A stretch of DNA of 64,000 nucleotides from assembly GCA_902559635.1 (NCBI GenBank), contig CACEIY010000003.1, positions 1,027-65,026 on the forward strand, written 5' to 3'. Origin of the DNA: an uncultured Pelagibacteraceae bacterium. Lineage in GTDB: Bacteria; Pseudomonadota; Alphaproteobacteria; Pelagibacterales; Pelagibacteraceae. Below are positions 18,887-28,667 of the stretch, in pieces. Within the stretch, counting starts at the first letter, position 1, and the number at the start of each line of letters is the position of its first letter. The translations under genes were made by a program, and so were the position numbers. A model generated the notes under the pieces. It saw only the letters and a list, made by a program, of their open reading frames with translations. It was not told the origin of the DNA and searched no databases.

Positions 18887-19386
18887 CTGAAAAAATAATT
18901 AAACCTCAACTTATAACTAAAGAAAATTTTAAAAAGTTTGGTGATATGATAACAACTAATGACATTAAACCTTTAGAAATAAATAATGGCTATGCCAAAA
19001 GATATGATGGTATAGCGAACTTGAACACCAAGAAAGACAATGGTGAATCCACAATTAGTATTTTTTCAGCACTTAAAAGATCTTTTCCTATGAAGATTGA
19101 CATGATGGAAAAGCATCCACTTGGAAGTCAAGCATTTATTCCAATGAAAGAAACCGTGTTTTTAGCGTTTGTTGCTCCTGAAGGTGAAAAACCAGACTTG
19201 AACAAAATTGAGTCTTTTATTATTCCTAAAGGGATAGGTGTTAATTACAATCCTGGTATTTGGCATTTTCCATTAATATCGACAGAAGATATGAATTTTT
19301 TAGTTGTAGATAGATTAGGTAGTGGAAATAATTTAGTTCTTCATGACCTAAATGAAGAAAATATTACTTTAGAATTTCAAGTATAA
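18883..19386 (+). CDS. allA: Ureidoglycolate lyase
   Basis: 'MMEKHPLGSQAFIP', 'GVNYNPGIWH', 'FLVVDR'. Confidence 0.93.
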   Translation: MTEKIIKPQLITKENFKKFGDMITTNDIKPLEINNGYAKRYDGIANLNTKKDNGESTISIFSALKRSFPMKIDMMEKHPLGSQAFIPMKETVFLAFVAPEGEKPDLNKIESFIIPKGIGVNYNPGIWHFPLISTEDMNFLVVDRLGSGNNLVLHDLNEENITLEFQV

Positions 19387-19425
19387 AAAAAAGCCCATCA
19401 ATTTCTATTGATGGGCTTTAATTTT
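19385..19425. terminator. Bidirectional intrinsic terminator
   Basis: AAAGCCCATCAAT-TTCT-ATTGATGGGCTTT between convergent allA and NCS1 genes. Confidence 0.85.
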
Positions 19426-19434
19426 AAAACTTAA

Positions 19435-20886
19435 TTATTTTTTAGATGATATCGCTAAGTGAATTACAGCACCTAAAGATGCTCCAATTATCCAAGCATA
19501 TCCTCCTCCTCCACCTAGATTAGAGAAGAAATCATCCATTCCTAAGAATAAGATGTTTGGCCATACTGTACCCACAGCTATATATCCTGAAAGTATCCAG
19601 GCTAACATTCCTTTACCATTGAAACCACCATTATAATGATACTTGCCATTAGGTGAGTCACTAAATAAATCATCAACATCTAATTTTTGTTTTTTGATTA
19701 TATAGTAATCAGTAATCATTATACCAAATACAGGTGCTAAAATTGCACCTAATGTATTTACAAAAGGAAATAATCCCATTTGCGTGATTACCGCAACCCA
19801 CATACCACCAATAACAAAACCAAAACCTGCAGTTATTAAACCACCAATTCTGAAATTAATTTTGCTTGGTATTAAGTTCGCAAGGTCATATGCAGGAGGT
19901 ATAAAGTTTGCAACCATATTAATACCAACTGTTGCTGCAAAGAATGCAAATGCTGCAACAATAGTTAATACAATATTGTCTACTTTAGCTACCATATCTG
20001 TTGGACTTGCTACATATTCTCCAAAGATAGCAATTGTACCACCAGTGATCATTAAAGTAATGAATGAGAAGAAAATAACGTTACCTACTAATCCCCATAG
20101 GTTACCTTTTTTCATTTCATCTTCATTTTTAACAAATCTTGCAAAGTCACCGAAGTTAATTACTACTGCAGCAAAATATCCAACCATAATTGAAAATACT
20201 GCTAAGAATGCACCAAATGAACCTAGGCCTTCAAATCCACCTGAACGTTCTCCACCTGAAAATATTTCACCAACTTCTGATAAAAGATTTCCCCCAGCTT
20301 TGAACCAGATTACAAGCATTAATAGAACCATAACTACATAAACAGCTGGTCCAGCAAAGTTTAAAAATCTTTTTACAAGATCTATACCCTGCCAGAATAA
20401 GTAAACTTGAAACCCTGATACAAATATAAATGACACCCACATCACACCTGTCATTCCTAAGAACATTTCAGTGCCCGGGTTACCAGTAATGCCAGTAATT
20501 AAAAGTGCTACTGCCGTCGAAGCCGCATAAGTTTGTGCTCCATACCAGAACATCGCCACTAGTCCTCTTGCCATTGCTGGAAAATTAGCTCCAAACACAC
20601 CCATACTTACCCTAGCAAATACTGGATAAGGAATTCCATGTTTGACGCTTGGTTTTCCTGATAAATTCACTAGCCACATAATAAAAAAGCCAGCAAGTAT
20701 TAGTGCTAAGAATACTGCCCAACCATTTAATCCTGAAGCTAAAAATAAAGATGCTGCCAAAGTATATCCAAATAAACTTTGTACATCGTTTGCCCACACG
20801 TTAAAGATTTCGAACCATCCCCAATTTTTTTTATTTGATGGAGTTGGTGCTAAATCCGCATTGTAGAGCGACTTTGATCTACTCAT
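19435..20886 (-). CDS. NCS1-family nucleobase:cation symporter (probable allantoin/purine permease)
   Basis: 'GIPYPVFARVSMGVFGAN', 'WYGAQT', 'INFGDFARF', 'GINMVANF'; next to allantoin catabolic genes. Confidence 0.9.
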   Translation of the reverse strand: MSRSKSLYNADLAPTPSNKKNWGWFEIFNVWANDVQSLFGYTLAASLFLASGLNGWAVFLALILAGFFIMWLVNLSGKPSVKHGIPYPVFARVSMGVFGANFPAMARGLVAMFWYGAQTYAASTAVALLITGITGNPGTEMFLGMTGVMWVSFIFVSGFQVYLFWQGIDLVKRFLNFAGPAVYVVMVLLMLVIWFKAGGNLLSEVGEIFSGGERSGGFEGLGSFGAFLAVFSIMVGYFAAVVINFGDFARFVKNEDEMKKGNLWGLVGNVIFFSFITLMITGGTIAIFGEYVASPTDMVAKVDNIVLTIVAAFAFFAATVGINMVANFIPPAYDLANLIPSKINFRIGGLITAGFGFVIGGMWVAVITQMGLFPFVNTLGAILAPVFGIMITDYYIIKKQKLDVDDLFSDSPNGKYHYNGGFNGKGMLAWILSGYIAVGTVWPNILFLGMDDFFSNLGGGGGYAWIIGASLGAVIHLAISSKK

Positions 20887-21050
20887 ATTTCCCCCTATGT
20901 TTTCGCAACTCAGAAACCTTAGATAAATAAGACTATTAAGTCTAGCATTTTATGCCAAATCTTGAATAAGAAGCGCTCAAGTTGGGCCATAATTATTGAA
21001 ATGCATGTTTAGGGTAGTTATAAAACTAATTTAAAATTCAAAATTTAATA

Positions 21051-21560
21051 ATGACAAAATTTATATCATTTTATGTAAACATAGTAGATACCATCTGCGA
21101 GAAGGTTGGCAGGTTCGTTATGTATTGGGTCTTCTTTATGATGTTCCTTTTAATTTTATCTTTTGTTACGCGTAACATAATAAATTTTCCATTAATGTGG
21201 ATAATAGAAATGGCTCAGTTTACAATTACAGCATACTATCTGTTGGGAGGAGGCTACTCTATGCTCACAGATGATCATGTTCGTATGGATTTATTTTACG
21301 GGAAGCTCTCAAAAAAAGGAAAAGCTAAAATGGATATTTTTACTAGTATATTTCTAATTTTCTTTTTATCTATTTTATTTTTTGGTTCTATAACCAGTTT
21401 AATTTATACTATTGAAACTAAACAAAAACTTTTTACTGCCTGGGCTCCATATGTTTGGCCAATTAAAAGTTTGATGTTAGCTGGAATATTATTGATGTTG
21501 CTTCAGGCTTTTTCAACATTATTTAAAGATATAGCTAAAGTTAAAAACATAAAGATATAA
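21051..21560 (+). CDS. TRAP transporter small permease DctQ
   Basis: Four TM segments, 'HVRMDLFY'. Confidence 0.9.
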   Translation: MTKFISFYVNIVDTICEKVGRFVMYWVFFMMFLLILSFVTRNIINFPLMWIIEMAQFTITAYYLLGGGYSMLTDDHVRMDLFYGKLSKKGKAKMDIFTSIFLIFFLSILFFGSITSLIYTIETKQKLFTAWAPYVWPIKSLMLAGILLMLLQAFSTLFKDIAKVKNIKI

Positions 21561-21562
21561 TT

Positions 21563-22900
21563 ATGCTAGCAGAATATTTAAGTTACGAATTTATTGCTCT
21601 TTTCATGTTTATAACAATGCTTGTTATGATGTTTACAGGACAAAGAGTATTTGGTGCAATTGGTTTTGTTGCATCTGCTTCAGCACTATTAATATGGGGA
21701 GACGGTTCTATGGAGATGCCGTATACCGCAACTTGGAAACTTTTTAAATGGTATCCAATGTTAACTTTACCTTTATTCATCTACATGGGCTTTATGATAT
21801 CTGAATCAGGAATTGCAAATGACCTTTATAAAATGTTTCATGTTTTATTTGGCGGATTGAGAGGTGGGCTTGCTATTGGAACAATGTTTATGATGGTAGC
21901 TATTTCTGCAATGAATGGTTTGAGTGTTGCAGGCATGGCAATAGGGGCAACAATTGCCTTACCAGAAATGTTAAAAAGAAATTATGATAAAAGGATGATA
22001 ACAGGAGTTGTCCAAGCTGGAAGTTCACTTGGGATTTTAATCCCTCCAAGTGTAGTGATGGTTTTATATGGTATGATTGCGCGTCAACCTGTTAGTAAAC
22101 TTTGGATGGCTGGAATTCTTCCAGGTCTATTAATGGCTACATTATTTTTAATTTACATTTACGTTAGATGCAAACTCCAGCCTGAACTCGGACCACCTTT
22201 AAAAAAAGAAGAAAGAAATGTAAGCACTATTGAAAAAATTAGGTTATTAAAAGCAGGAATAATTCCATTTTTAATATTTTTTTTAATGACAGGTTTATTT
22301 TTAATGGGTATAGCAAGTTTGGTTGAGTGTTCAGCTGTAGGAGCTTTCTTAGCAACATTAGCAGCAATTTATAAAAAAAGATTTAATAGACAAGTTTTAG
22401 AAAATACTCTTAAAAAGACTTTAGGTGTATCCTGTATGTTCATGTGGATTATTTTAGCCGCATTATGTTTTGGCGCAGTATTTGATGGTTTAGGAGCTGG
22501 TCGGGCAATTGAAACACTCTTTATAGAACGATGGAATTTAACTCCTTGGGGTGTATTAATAATGATGCAGCTATCCTATATCCTTATGGGAATGTTTTTA
22601 GATGACACTGCAATGTTAGTAATTGTTGCTCCATTGTATGTGCCTTTAATAATTGCATTAGGTTTTGATCCTATTTGGTATGGGGTTCTTTATACTATTA
22701 CTTGTCAAATTGCCTACATGACTCCTCCATTTGGTTATAATTTGTTTTTAATGAGAGCGATGGCCCCAAAAGAAATAACCTTACAAGACATTTATAGATC
22801 TATAATTCCGTTTGTTCTTATAATGGTTTTTGGTTTAGCTATAGTTATGATCTTCCCAGAAATTGCAACCTATCTTCCTGAAAAATATTTATCTAAATAA
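21563..22900 (+). CDS. TRAP transporter large permease DctM
   Basis: 'LPLFIYMG', 'SSLGILIPPSVVMVLYG', 'YMTPPFGYNLF'. Confidence 0.92.
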   Translation: MLAEYLSYEFIALFMFITMLVMMFTGQRVFGAIGFVASASALLIWGDGSMEMPYTATWKLFKWYPMLTLPLFIYMGFMISESGIANDLYKMFHVLFGGLRGGLAIGTMFMMVAISAMNGLSVAGMAIGATIALPEMLKRNYDKRMITGVVQAGSSLGILIPPSVVMVLYGMIARQPVSKLWMAGILPGLLMATLFLIYIYVRCKLQPELGPPLKKEERNVSTIEKIRLLKAGIIPFLIFFLMTGLFLMGIASLVECSAVGAFLATLAAIYKKRFNRQVLENTLKKTLGVSCMFMWIILAALCFGAVFDGLGAGRAIETLFIERWNLTPWGVLIMMQLSYILMGMFLDDTAMLVIVAPLYVPLIIALGFDPIWYGVLYTITCQIAYMTPPFGYNLFLMRAMAPKEITLQDIYRSIIPFVLIMVFGLAIVMIFPEIATYLPEKYLSK

Positions 22901-23029
22901 TTCAACTTGAAGTTTAATTTAATTTTTTACTTATTAAAATATCTTCAGATTATTTTGAATTATTAAGTTTAATAATAATTTAATTTATAATACAATTTTT
23001 TATTAAATTATAAAACGAGAGGAGACCAA

Positions 23030-24106
23030 GTGAAAAAAAACAAAAAAATAATAACGAATAAAAGACGTTCGTTTATTAAGAAAGCAGGTTTACTAACGTT
23101 AGGTGCAGCAGGAGCAACAGCAATTAAAGCTCCATATGCTTATTCTGCATCAAATCCAATCAAATGGAGATTACAGACTTATTCAGGTGCTCCACTTGGT
23201 GCACATGTTGTTAAACCACAAATTGAAGCTTTTAATAAAGCTGCTCATGGCGAGATGGAAATCGAACTTTACTATGCTGACCAACTTGTGCCTACTGATG
23301 AACTGTTTAGAGCTATGCAAGCAGGAACTATCGATGCGGTACAAAGTGATGATGCAACAATGGGTTCGCCAGTTGACATTCAGGTATTCGGTGGATACTT
23401 CCCATTTGCAACAAGATATAGTTTAGATGTTCCATCATTATTTAAATATTATGGTTTAAATGAAATTTGGGATGAAGCATATAGCGAAGTAAAAGGTGTG
23501 AAATGGTTGAGTACTAGTGCTTGGGACCCATGTCATTTATTTACAGTTAATAAAAAAGTAACCTCTTTAGCTGACATGAAAGGTTTAAGAGTTTTTGGTG
23601 TACCTACTGCAGGTAAATTCTTAGCTAAGTATGGTCTTATTCCGGTAATAGTACCATGGGATGATGTAGAGGTTGCTATGCAAACAGGTGAACTAGATGG
23701 TGTTTGCTGGTGTGGTTTCACGGAAGCTTATGAAGTGGGTTGGGCTGATATTTGTAAATACGCTCTAACTAATGCTGTAACTGGTGCATGGTTTGGATCT
23801 TATTTTGCTAACGAAAAAAGTTGGAATAAATTAAGTCCTAAACTTCAAGCTCTTTATAGAATGTCAATTAATGACTCTCATTACTATAGACAAGTATGGT
23901 ATTGGGGTGGAGAAGCCGATCTTCGTGTTAACGGTAAGAAAATGGAGTTAACAAGTCTTCCAGATAATGAGTGGAGTAAAGTTGTAGAAGACTCAAAAGC
24001 ATTCTGGGATGAAACTTCTAAGATTAGTCCAAGAGCTAAAAAAGTTGTTGATGCATTTAAGTTATATGCACAAACAATGGAGAAAGCTGGATATCCTTAC
24101 AGATAA
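23030..24106 (+). CDS. TRAP solute-binding protein, amine/ethanolamine-binding type, Tat-exported
   Basis: Tat motif 'RRSFIKK'; DctP fold; the usual carboxylate-binding Arg position reads 'GLRVF'; 'WDP' and 'WCGFTE' motifs; strong RBS GAGAGGAG before GTG. Confidence 0.8.
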   Translation: MKKNKKIITNKRRSFIKKAGLLTLGAAGATAIKAPYAYSASNPIKWRLQTYSGAPLGAHVVKPQIEAFNKAAHGEMEIELYYADQLVPTDELFRAMQAGTIDAVQSDDATMGSPVDIQVFGGYFPFATRYSLDVPSLFKYYGLNEIWDEAYSEVKGVKWLSTSAWDPCHLFTVNKKVTSLADMKGLRVFGVPTAGKFLAKYGLIPVIVPWDDVEVAMQTGELDGVCWCGFTEAYEVGWADICKYALTNAVTGAWFGSYFANEKSWNKLSPKLQALYRMSINDSHYYRQVWYWGGEADLRVNGKKMELTSLPDNEWSKVVEDSKAFWDETSKISPRAKKVVDAFKLYAQTMEKAGYPYR

Positions 24107-24119
24107 AAGATTATATTTC

Positions 24120-24146
24120 TTAGGCGCCTTAAACAAAGGCGCCTAA
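24120..24146. terminator. Hairpin terminator between convergent genes
   Basis: TTAGGCGCCTT-AAACA-AAGGCGCCTAA. Confidence 0.75.
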
Positions 24147-24155
24147 TTAAAATTT

Positions 24156-24911
24156 CTAAGGTTTTGAAGTAATACCACCATCTATAATTATTTCAGTTCC
24201 GGTAATATAATTGGCTTGTTCACTTAATAAAAACATACAACTATTCGCGATATCTTTTGGATGCCCAACTCTTTGAAGAGGTATTAATTTCTCTAATTTT
24301 TTTTTAGATTTAGGATTTTTTTTCCAACGTTTTTGCATGCCAGTTTCTATTGGACCAGGTAGTATGACATTTGATCTGATGTTATTTGAAGAAAATTGTA
24401 TCGCAAAAGATTTTGATAATCTAATCATAGCAGCTTTAGATGCTCCATAAGCATCTTGGGGTCTGTCATCACCGGATAAGGCATCAATTGAGGATAGATG
24501 AACCATTGACCCAAAATTGTTTTTTTTCATTAGTGGAACAATTATTTTAGATAAATACATCATCGATTTTAAATTAATCGCAAAAACCTTATCCCAAATT
24601 TTTGGTTTTATATCTGTAGCAGATATATCTTTATTGAACCATAATACTCCGGTAGTATTAATTAAATAATCAATGCTTTTGTTTTTTTTATAAAAAGTGT
24701 TAATTACAGATTTTAATTTATTTAAATTAGAAACATCTACTTTTTTAAAAGTACAGTTATTATTCTCTTCTAAGAATGTTTTACCTGGACTTTGAAGATC
24801 TAACATCAAAACGTTAATATCATTATCTGATAACATTTTAGAAATTTCTATACCCATACCACCACTACCACCTGTTACGATTGCATTTTTACCTTTATAA
24901 AAAAGTTTCAT
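24156..24911 (-). CDS. Short-chain dehydrogenase/reductase
   Basis: TGGSGGMG, YGASK, 'ITGTEIIIDGG'. Confidence 0.9.
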   Translation of the reverse strand: MKLFYKGKNAIVTGGSGGMGIEISKMLSDNDINVLMLDLQSPGKTFLEENNNCTFKKVDVSNLNKLKSVINTFYKKNKSIDYLINTTGVLWFNKDISATDIKPKIWDKVFAINLKSMMYLSKIIVPLMKKNNFGSMVHLSSIDALSGDDRPQDAYGASKAAMIRLSKSFAIQFSSNNIRSNVILPGPIETGMQKRWKKNPKSKKKLEKLIPLQRVGHPKDIANSCMFLLSEQANYITGTEIIIDGGITSKP

Positions 24912-26288
24912 TTATTGTTCTTTTCTTAAATGATAGCTTTTAGGAGCAGTAAGTTTTTCATATGCTACTTCAGATAAAGAACATCCTTTTCCTGTTTCTT
25001 TGACACCAGTCCAAGAAAGAGCTGGATCTAAATAATCACATCGATTCATATAAAAAGTTCCTGTTTCAATTTTATTTCCAATTTTTTCAGCTATTTCAAT
25101 ATCTTTTGTCCAAATTGAAGCTGTTAAACCATAAGGACTATCATTCATTAATTTAATTGCCTCTTCTTCATTTTTTACCTTCATTATTCCAACACAAGGG
25201 CCAAATGTTTCTTCAGTCATAAAATTCATTTCATGATTTACATTAGTTAGTATTTGGGGAATTAAATAATTTTTATGTTCATCAGGAAATTCAAATTTAT
25301 TTTCATTAATCATCTTTTTAGCTCCTTTAGCTACCGCACTATTCATCTGATTTATTATAAATTTAGCTGAAGATAATTTAACAACAGGTCCAATATTATT
25401 GCTTTTTTCTAAAGGATTACCAAGTTTATAATTATAAGTTTTATTGATAAATAAATTTAAAAAATTATCATAAATTTTTTCATCAACATAAATTCTTTCA
25501 ATTCCACAACAGGATTGACCTGAATTAAAAAATGAACCATCAACTAAATTCTCAACTGTTTTTTCTAAATCGCAATCATGTCTTGCGTATGCAGGGTCTT
25601 TGCCACCAAGTTCTAAGGCCATATCGATAAATTTAGTATGAGTTGCTTTTTGAACATCATATCCAGCTTTAACTGATCCAGTAAAAGAAACAAAATTAAT
25701 TCTTTTATCAGATACAATTTTTAAACTATCTTCATGATTTAAATGTAAATAATTAAATATATCTTTAGGTAACTTTTTTTTTGCTGATTGATAAAGTTGT
25801 TCAGCGCATAAGGGAGTTTGAGCAGAATGTTTTAAAATTACCGTATTTCCAGCAGCCATTGCAGGGATTATTGAATTTACTGCAGTTAAGTAAGGATAGT
25901 TCCATGGAGCAATAACAAAGACAACTCCTAAAGGTCTTCTTCTAATAAAATTTTTAAAATTTTTATCTTTTGTTACATCTATGTCAGATAATTTTCTTTC
26001 TGCGATTGATAGCATGTAGTCAGCTCTCTCTTTAAAACCACCGAGTTCTCCGGCTGCCTGAGTTATTGGTCTACCAATTTGTCTGCATAATTCTTCAACT
26101 ATAATTTCTTTTCTTGACAAAAAATCTTCAACAAAATTACCTAATAATTCTACTCTTTCTTTAACACTCATACTTGCCCAGCCTTTTTGAGCATTTACAG
26201 AATTATTAATGGTGTCTTCAATTTTCCCAGAATTATATTCTCTTTCAATATATAGAGTATTATCTATTGGAGTAATTGTCTTCTGCAT
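24912..26288 (-). CDS. Aldehyde dehydrogenase
   Basis: 'PWNYP', 'FTGS', 'LELGGKDP', 'FNSGQSCC', 'EETFGP'. Confidence 0.93.
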   Translation of the reverse strand: MQKTITPIDNTLYIEREYNSGKIEDTINNSVNAQKGWASMSVKERVELLGNFVEDFLSRKEIIVEELCRQIGRPITQAAGELGGFKERADYMLSIAERKLSDIDVTKDKNFKNFIRRRPLGVVFVIAPWNYPYLTAVNSIIPAMAAGNTVILKHSAQTPLCAEQLYQSAKKKLPKDIFNYLHLNHEDSLKIVSDKRINFVSFTGSVKAGYDVQKATHTKFIDMALELGGKDPAYARHDCDLEKTVENLVDGSFFNSGQSCCGIERIYVDEKIYDNFLNLFINKTYNYKLGNPLEKSNNIGPVVKLSSAKFIINQMNSAVAKGAKKMINENKFEFPDEHKNYLIPQILTNVNHEMNFMTEETFGPCVGIMKVKNEEEAIKLMNDSPYGLTASIWTKDIEIAEKIGNKIETGTFYMNRCDYLDPALSWTGVKETGKGCSLSEVAYEKLTAPKSYHLRKEQ

Positions 26289-26360
26289 AATTATTTTGGT
26301 TAAATTTATTTTATTAAATGATATATATCATCAAAATTTCTAAAACACTAAATATATAAC

Positions 26361-27524
26361 ATGAAAAAATTTAACTGGAATTATCCAACAACAATGTGGG
26401 TCGGCGAAAATAGAATTAAAGATCTTGGTTCTGCTTGTAAAACTTTAAATATAAATAAACCACTTCTTGTTACAGACAGTGGTTTAGCCCAATCAAATAT
26501 TGTAAGGAATGTATTATCAAATTTAAAAGCAGATGGAATAACTGTTGAACTTTATTCAAATGTAGTTGGTAATCCTACAGGTACAAATGTAAATGAAGGT
26601 GTTGATTATTATAAAAAAAATAAATGTGATGGAGTAATTGCATTTGGTGGAGGAAGTGGATTAGATGTTGGAAAAGCGGTTGCTTTTATGTCCTGTCAAA
26701 CTTTATCAATATGGGAATTCGAAGATGTTGGAGACAATTGGACTAAAGCTAATTCAGATAAAATTGCACCAATCATCGCTGTTCCAACAACTGCAGGAAC
26801 TGGATCAGAAACTGGAAGAGCATCTGTAATTTTAAACGAGGAAACAGGTGTTAAAAATATTATTTTTCATCCAAAATTTTTACCTTCTATAGTAATTTTA
26901 GATCCAGTTTTAACTGTTGATTTACCACCAAAAATTACTGCAGCTACTGGAATGGATGCATTGGCTCATAATTTGGAAGCCTATTGCGCACCAGGTTTTC
27001 ATCCAATGGCAGATGGGATTGCTCTGGAAGGTATGAGGTTAATTAATAAATGGTTAATTGAAGCAGTTAAAAATGGATCAAATTTAGATGCAAGAATGAA
27101 TATGCTGACTGCTGCAAGTATGGGTTCAACTGCATTTCAAAAAGGTTTAGGTGCAATTCATTCATTAAGCCATCCAGTGAATGCATTAAATAACGTTCAT
27201 CATGGTTTATCAAATGCAATATTTATGCCATATGTATTAACGTATAATAGAGATGTGATTGAACAAAAAATTATTAAAGTTTGTGATTATTTAGAATTAA
27301 AAGATAAAACATTTAAAGGATTTATTAATTGGGTTCTAGACTTGAGAAAAAAATTAGATATTCCTCATAAACTATCTGAAATAATTGAAGAAAAAGACTT
27401 TCAATTAGATCGTTTATCAAAAATGGCTTTAAAAGATCCTTCTACTGGAGGCAATCCAAAAAAATTAACAGAAGCAGATATGAAAATTATGTATCAAAAT
27501 AGTATGTCTGGCAATCTTTTTTAA
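26361..27524 (+). CDS. Iron-containing alcohol dehydrogenase
   Basis: 'GGGSGLD', 'PTTAGTGSE', 'GMDALAHNLEAY', 'HSLSH', 'HHGLSNA'. Confidence 0.93.
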   Translation: MKKFNWNYPTTMWVGENRIKDLGSACKTLNINKPLLVTDSGLAQSNIVRNVLSNLKADGITVELYSNVVGNPTGTNVNEGVDYYKKNKCDGVIAFGGGSGLDVGKAVAFMSCQTLSIWEFEDVGDNWTKANSDKIAPIIAVPTTAGTGSETGRASVILNEETGVKNIIFHPKFLPSIVILDPVLTVDLPPKITAATGMDALAHNLEAYCAPGFHPMADGIALEGMRLINKWLIEAVKNGSNLDARMNMLTAASMGSTAFQKGLGAIHSLSHPVNALNNVHHGLSNAIFMPYVLTYNRDVIEQKIIKVCDYLELKDKTFKGFINWVLDLRKKLDIPHKLSEIIEEKDFQLDRLSKMALKDPSTGGNPKKLTEADMKIMYQNSMSGNLF

Positions 27525-28318
27525 TGACTAATTTGAATATTCTTATAGTAGAAGGAAACAATCTTGCAGATAATGAAGTTTTTGAGAAAGCTGCTGGAGC
27601 ATCTTGTTCTAAAAATTTTAAAAATCTTATTTTAAAATTAGAACCTAATACCAATATTAAAATAATTAATCCAGCAATAGATGAACAAACTAAAAAAGCT
27701 TTAGACAATATGAAAGAATATGATGGTATTATTTTTACAGGAGGTGCAATGAGATTGAATGACATGACCGATGAAATTAAAAAGCACATCAAATTTGCAT
27801 CTAATTGCTTTAATCATAATAATAAAATTTTAGCTATTTGTTGGGGATTACAAGTTTGTTCAACTGCTGCAGGAGGTAAAGTAGCACCTGGAAAAAAGGG
27901 CGTACATATTGGCATTGCATCTGATGTGGAGATTAATGAAGAAGGAAAAAAAAATCCTATCTATAAAGATAAAAAATCTAAATTTACTTCTCCTGCATTT
28001 AATTTTGATGAAGTATATGAAATGCCTAATGATGCTACTTTATTGTCGAGTGATAAAATTAATAATGTAATGGGATTATATTTTAAATCTGGTAACTCTG
28101 AAATTTGGGGTCTACAATATCACCCAGATTATGAATACTGGCAAATGATTAATTTATCTAATGTAAGAAAATTACGTATTATAGCTAATAAACATTTCGA
28201 AAATGAAAATGATTTTGAAAAGCATATAGAATATTTAAAAAGTGAAGATAAAAAATTAAATTTTGTTAATAGAACTTGCGAAGTTCGAAATTGGCTAGAT
28301 ATAATTAAAAATAAATGA
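27524..28318 (+). CDS. Class I glutamine amidotransferase-like protein (possible gamma-glutamyl amide hydrolase)
   Basis: 'DGIIFTGG', nucleophile 'AICWGLQ', 'GLQYHPD' (HPE becomes HPD); translationally coupled to Fe-ADH. Confidence 0.8.
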   Translation: MTNLNILIVEGNNLADNEVFEKAAGASCSKNFKNLILKLEPNTNIKIINPAIDEQTKKALDNMKEYDGIIFTGGAMRLNDMTDEIKKHIKFASNCFNHNNKILAICWGLQVCSTAAGGKVAPGKKGVHIGIASDVEINEEGKKNPIYKDKKSKFTSPAFNFDEVYEMPNDATLLSSDKINNVMGLYFKSGNSEIWGLQYHPDYEYWQMINLSNVRKLRIIANKHFENENDFEKHIEYLKSEDKKLNFVNRTCEVRNWLDIIKNK

Positions 28319-28629
28319 AAATTTATTTTATTTACTCAACATTCAAATCATTAAGAGAAGCAAAAAAAATAAGTTCTAAACTAGTTAAACTAAAATTAGC
28401 AGCTTGTACTAATATAATTCCAACTATTTATTCAACTTATGTATGGAAAAAAAAAACGCATATAGACAAAGAATGTTCTATGATTATAAAAACTTCAAAA
28501 TCAAAAGTACAAAAAGCTATTATCTTTATTAAGAAAAAACATTCTTATGAATGTCCTGCAATATCTGCTTTTCCAATAAAAAAATCTCATAAAGACTTTG
28601 AAAAATGGATAATAGATCAAACAAAATAA
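28315..28629 (+). CDS. cutA: Divalent-cation tolerance protein CutA
   Basis: 'KLAACTNI', 'STYVW', 'HSYECPAI'. Confidence 0.9.
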   Translation: MKIYFIYSTFKSLREAKKISSKLVKLKLAACTNIIPTIYSTYVWKKKTHIDKECSMIIKTSKSKVQKAIIFIKKKHSYECPAISAFPIKKSHKDFEKWIIDQTK

Positions 28630-28667
28630 CTGTTTAAATTATATTTTTTTGTAATTACTATTAATTT

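Noticed and set aside
19784-20341. 185-aa antisense ORF and similar shadow ORFs (e.g. 3350-3613, 23103-23426, 31601-31882, 40428-40709, 49646-50106, 53157-53426)
   Set aside because: They lie within well-supported genes, on the opposite strand or in another frame, with no motifs or RBS; expected by-products of codon bias.
20945-20960. Sigma-54 promoter (TGGCA...TGC) upstream of the NCS1 gene
   Set aside because: GG-to-GC spacing is 8 nt instead of the required 10.
20961-20990. Xanthine (NMT1-motif) riboswitch-like AGAAGCGCTCAAG
   Set aside because: It is on the strand opposite the purine permease and the 3' half of the motif is absent.
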